A DNA stretch of 64,000 nt. It comes from Gemmatimonadales bacterium. Its GTDB lineage: Bacteria > Gemmatimonadota > Gemmatimonadetes > Gemmatimonadales > GWC2-71-9. The notes below the pieces were generated by a model. It did not search any database, had not been told where the DNA came from, and saw nothing but the letters and a program-made list of their open reading frames with translations. Location: contig DATBSO010000043.1 in the NCBI GenBank assembly GCA_036559745.1, forward strand, positions 1,833 through 65,832, written 5' to 3'. Made by a program: the position numbers and the translations under genes. How positions within the stretch are numbered: the first letter of the stretch is position 1; each line of letters opens with the position of its first letter. This document shows, piece by piece, positions 63,039-64,000 of the stretch.

Positions 63039-63177
63039 CTACCATTCGTGCTCAAGAGTATTGATGAGCTTGCCGAACGGGTCATGGACGTAGAACCGCC
63101 TTATCGAGGCCGAGGATGTCTTGGTAGAACTGTTTGGCTACCGCGATATCGGCGGCCGCGATGGATGCGAGCCTGTC
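63039..63177 (-). pseudogene. internally deleted VOC/glyoxalase remnant
   Basis: My minus-strand translation in one frame is DRLASIAAADIAVAKQFYQDILGL (VOC N-terminus, no start codon). A second frame gives RFYVHDPFGKLINTLEHEW-stop (VOC C-terminus). The two frames are joined out of frame and about 90 aa are missing. Confidence 0.4.
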
Positions 63178-63184
63178 ACGTAGT

Positions 63185-64000
63185 CTACCTTCGGCCCGGC
63201 AGTTCGCGGAGCGCGCCGGTCAGTGTGTCCACGACTTGGTCGGCGTCGGCAAGCGAGAGCGGCATCGGGCCGCGGATCTTGATGACGTTGTGGTACGGCC
63301 CGTCGGTGCCTACGAGCACGCCGCGCTGGCGCATGCGATCGACCACGAAGGTCGCTTCGTCTGGTGCCGGCTCGAGGGTGTGCCGGTCACGCACGAGCTC
63401 GACGCCGAGGAAGAGGCCCGATCCACGCACATCCCCGACGATCTCGAACTCACCCATCAAGGGCGTCATTCCGCTCAACAACCGCTCGCCCACAAGGAGT
63501 GCGTTCCGCTGGAGCTCCTCGTCGAGGGTCACCTGCAGCGTCATGCGGCCGGCCACGCACGCAGCCGTGCTGCCGCCGAAGGTACTGAAGAACTCCATGC
63601 CGTTGTCGAAGCTGTCGGCGATGGCGCGCGTGGTGATCACCGCCCCCATCGGATAGCCATTGGCAATCGGCTTGCCGAGAACGACGATGTCGGGCGTGAC
63701 GTCGTGGGCCTGGAAGGCCCAGAAGTGGGTGCCCAGACGGCCGAAGCCCGTCTGGACCTCGTCCGCGATGCAGATCCCGCCGGCCGCGCGCACGCGCGAG
63801 TACACGTCGGCCAGGAAACCCGTCGGAAGCATGATCTGCCCGCCCACGCTCGGGCAGGTCTCGGCGATGTAGCCCGAGAGACGTCGTCCCTTCGCGGCGA
63901 GATCGTCAATCACCTCCCCGACCCGCGACGCGAACCACGAGCCGGGGTCAGCGTGAGCACCGCGCGCGCGGAAAACGTCGGGGAGCGGCGACCTGTGCAC
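63185..64000 (-). CDS. class-III (PLP) aminotransferase, N-terminus beyond the right edge
   Basis: ADEVQTGFGRLG and the PLP-lysine context DIVVLGKPIANGYPMGAV. It is similar in pattern to AGXT2 / beta-alanine-pyruvate or omega-aminotransferases. Confidence 0.85.
   Translation of the reverse strand: MHRSPLPDVFRARGAHADPGSWFASRVGEVIDDLAAKGRRLSGYIAETCPSVGGQIMLPTGFLADVYSRVRAAGGICIADEVQTGFGRLGTHFWAFQAHDVTPDIVVLGKPIANGYPMGAVITTRAIADSFDNGMEFFSTFGGSTAACVAGRMTLQVTLDEELQRNALLVGERLLSGMTPLMGEFEIVGDVRGSGLFLGVELVRDRHTLEPAPDEATFVVDRMRQRGVLVGTDGPYHNVIKIRGPMPLSLADADQVVDTLTGALRELPGRR

Larger units (their letters stand above)
52710..63177 (-). mobile_element. integron-type gene-cassette array without integrase in the window (CALIN-like / sedentary chromosomal integron array)
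   Basis: There are 13 attC-like repeats or remnants with GCCTAAC...GTTAGGC termini, listed individually below. They separate single small SD-preceded ORFs, mostly on the minus strand. No tyrosine-recombinase ORF is present in the window. Confidence 0.75.

Overview
High-GC bacterial chromosomal segment. The gene content (an ADOP-type orphan MacB-like permease, many lipoproteins and exported peptidases, a TPR Ser/Thr kinase) suggests a Gemmatimonadota/Acidobacteriota-like soil organism; this is inference only. I recognised no rRNA, tRNA, CRISPR array or transposase. About 1-52.5 kb is densely packed core-like DNA: exported hydrolases/peptidases, regulators, a GGT-amidohydrolase-MgtC operon, three tandem MBL-fold hydrolases, and a PAS hybrid histidine kinase. 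It also holds a tightly coupled 8-gene purine-catabolism operon (xanthine dehydrogenase subunits, allantoinase, allantoicase, OHCU decarboxylase, HIU hydrolase, uricase). Two things stand out. (1) From about 52.7 to 63.2 kb the sequence carries 13 copies or remnants of a ~125-145 bp imperfect-palindromic repeat bounded by GCCTAAC ... GTTAGGC, the canonical attC R''/R' boxes. Each copy sits immediately 3' of a small, Shine-Dalgarno-preceded, mostly minus-strand ORF. This looks like a sedentary integron-type gene-cassette array with no integrase in the window (CALIN-like). (2) At 33.7-35.9 kb, directly after the hybrid kinase, a 723-aa protein fuses a SLOG-like (DprA/LOG/YpsA-type) nucleotide-binding domain to two 2-TM SLATT-like membrane modules. 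This is the architecture predicted for nucleotide-sensing membrane-perforating conflict/abortive-infection effectors, but no cyclic-nucleotide synthase lies nearby. Many long ORFs in the supplied track are mirror-frame artefacts of the high GC content and were rejected.
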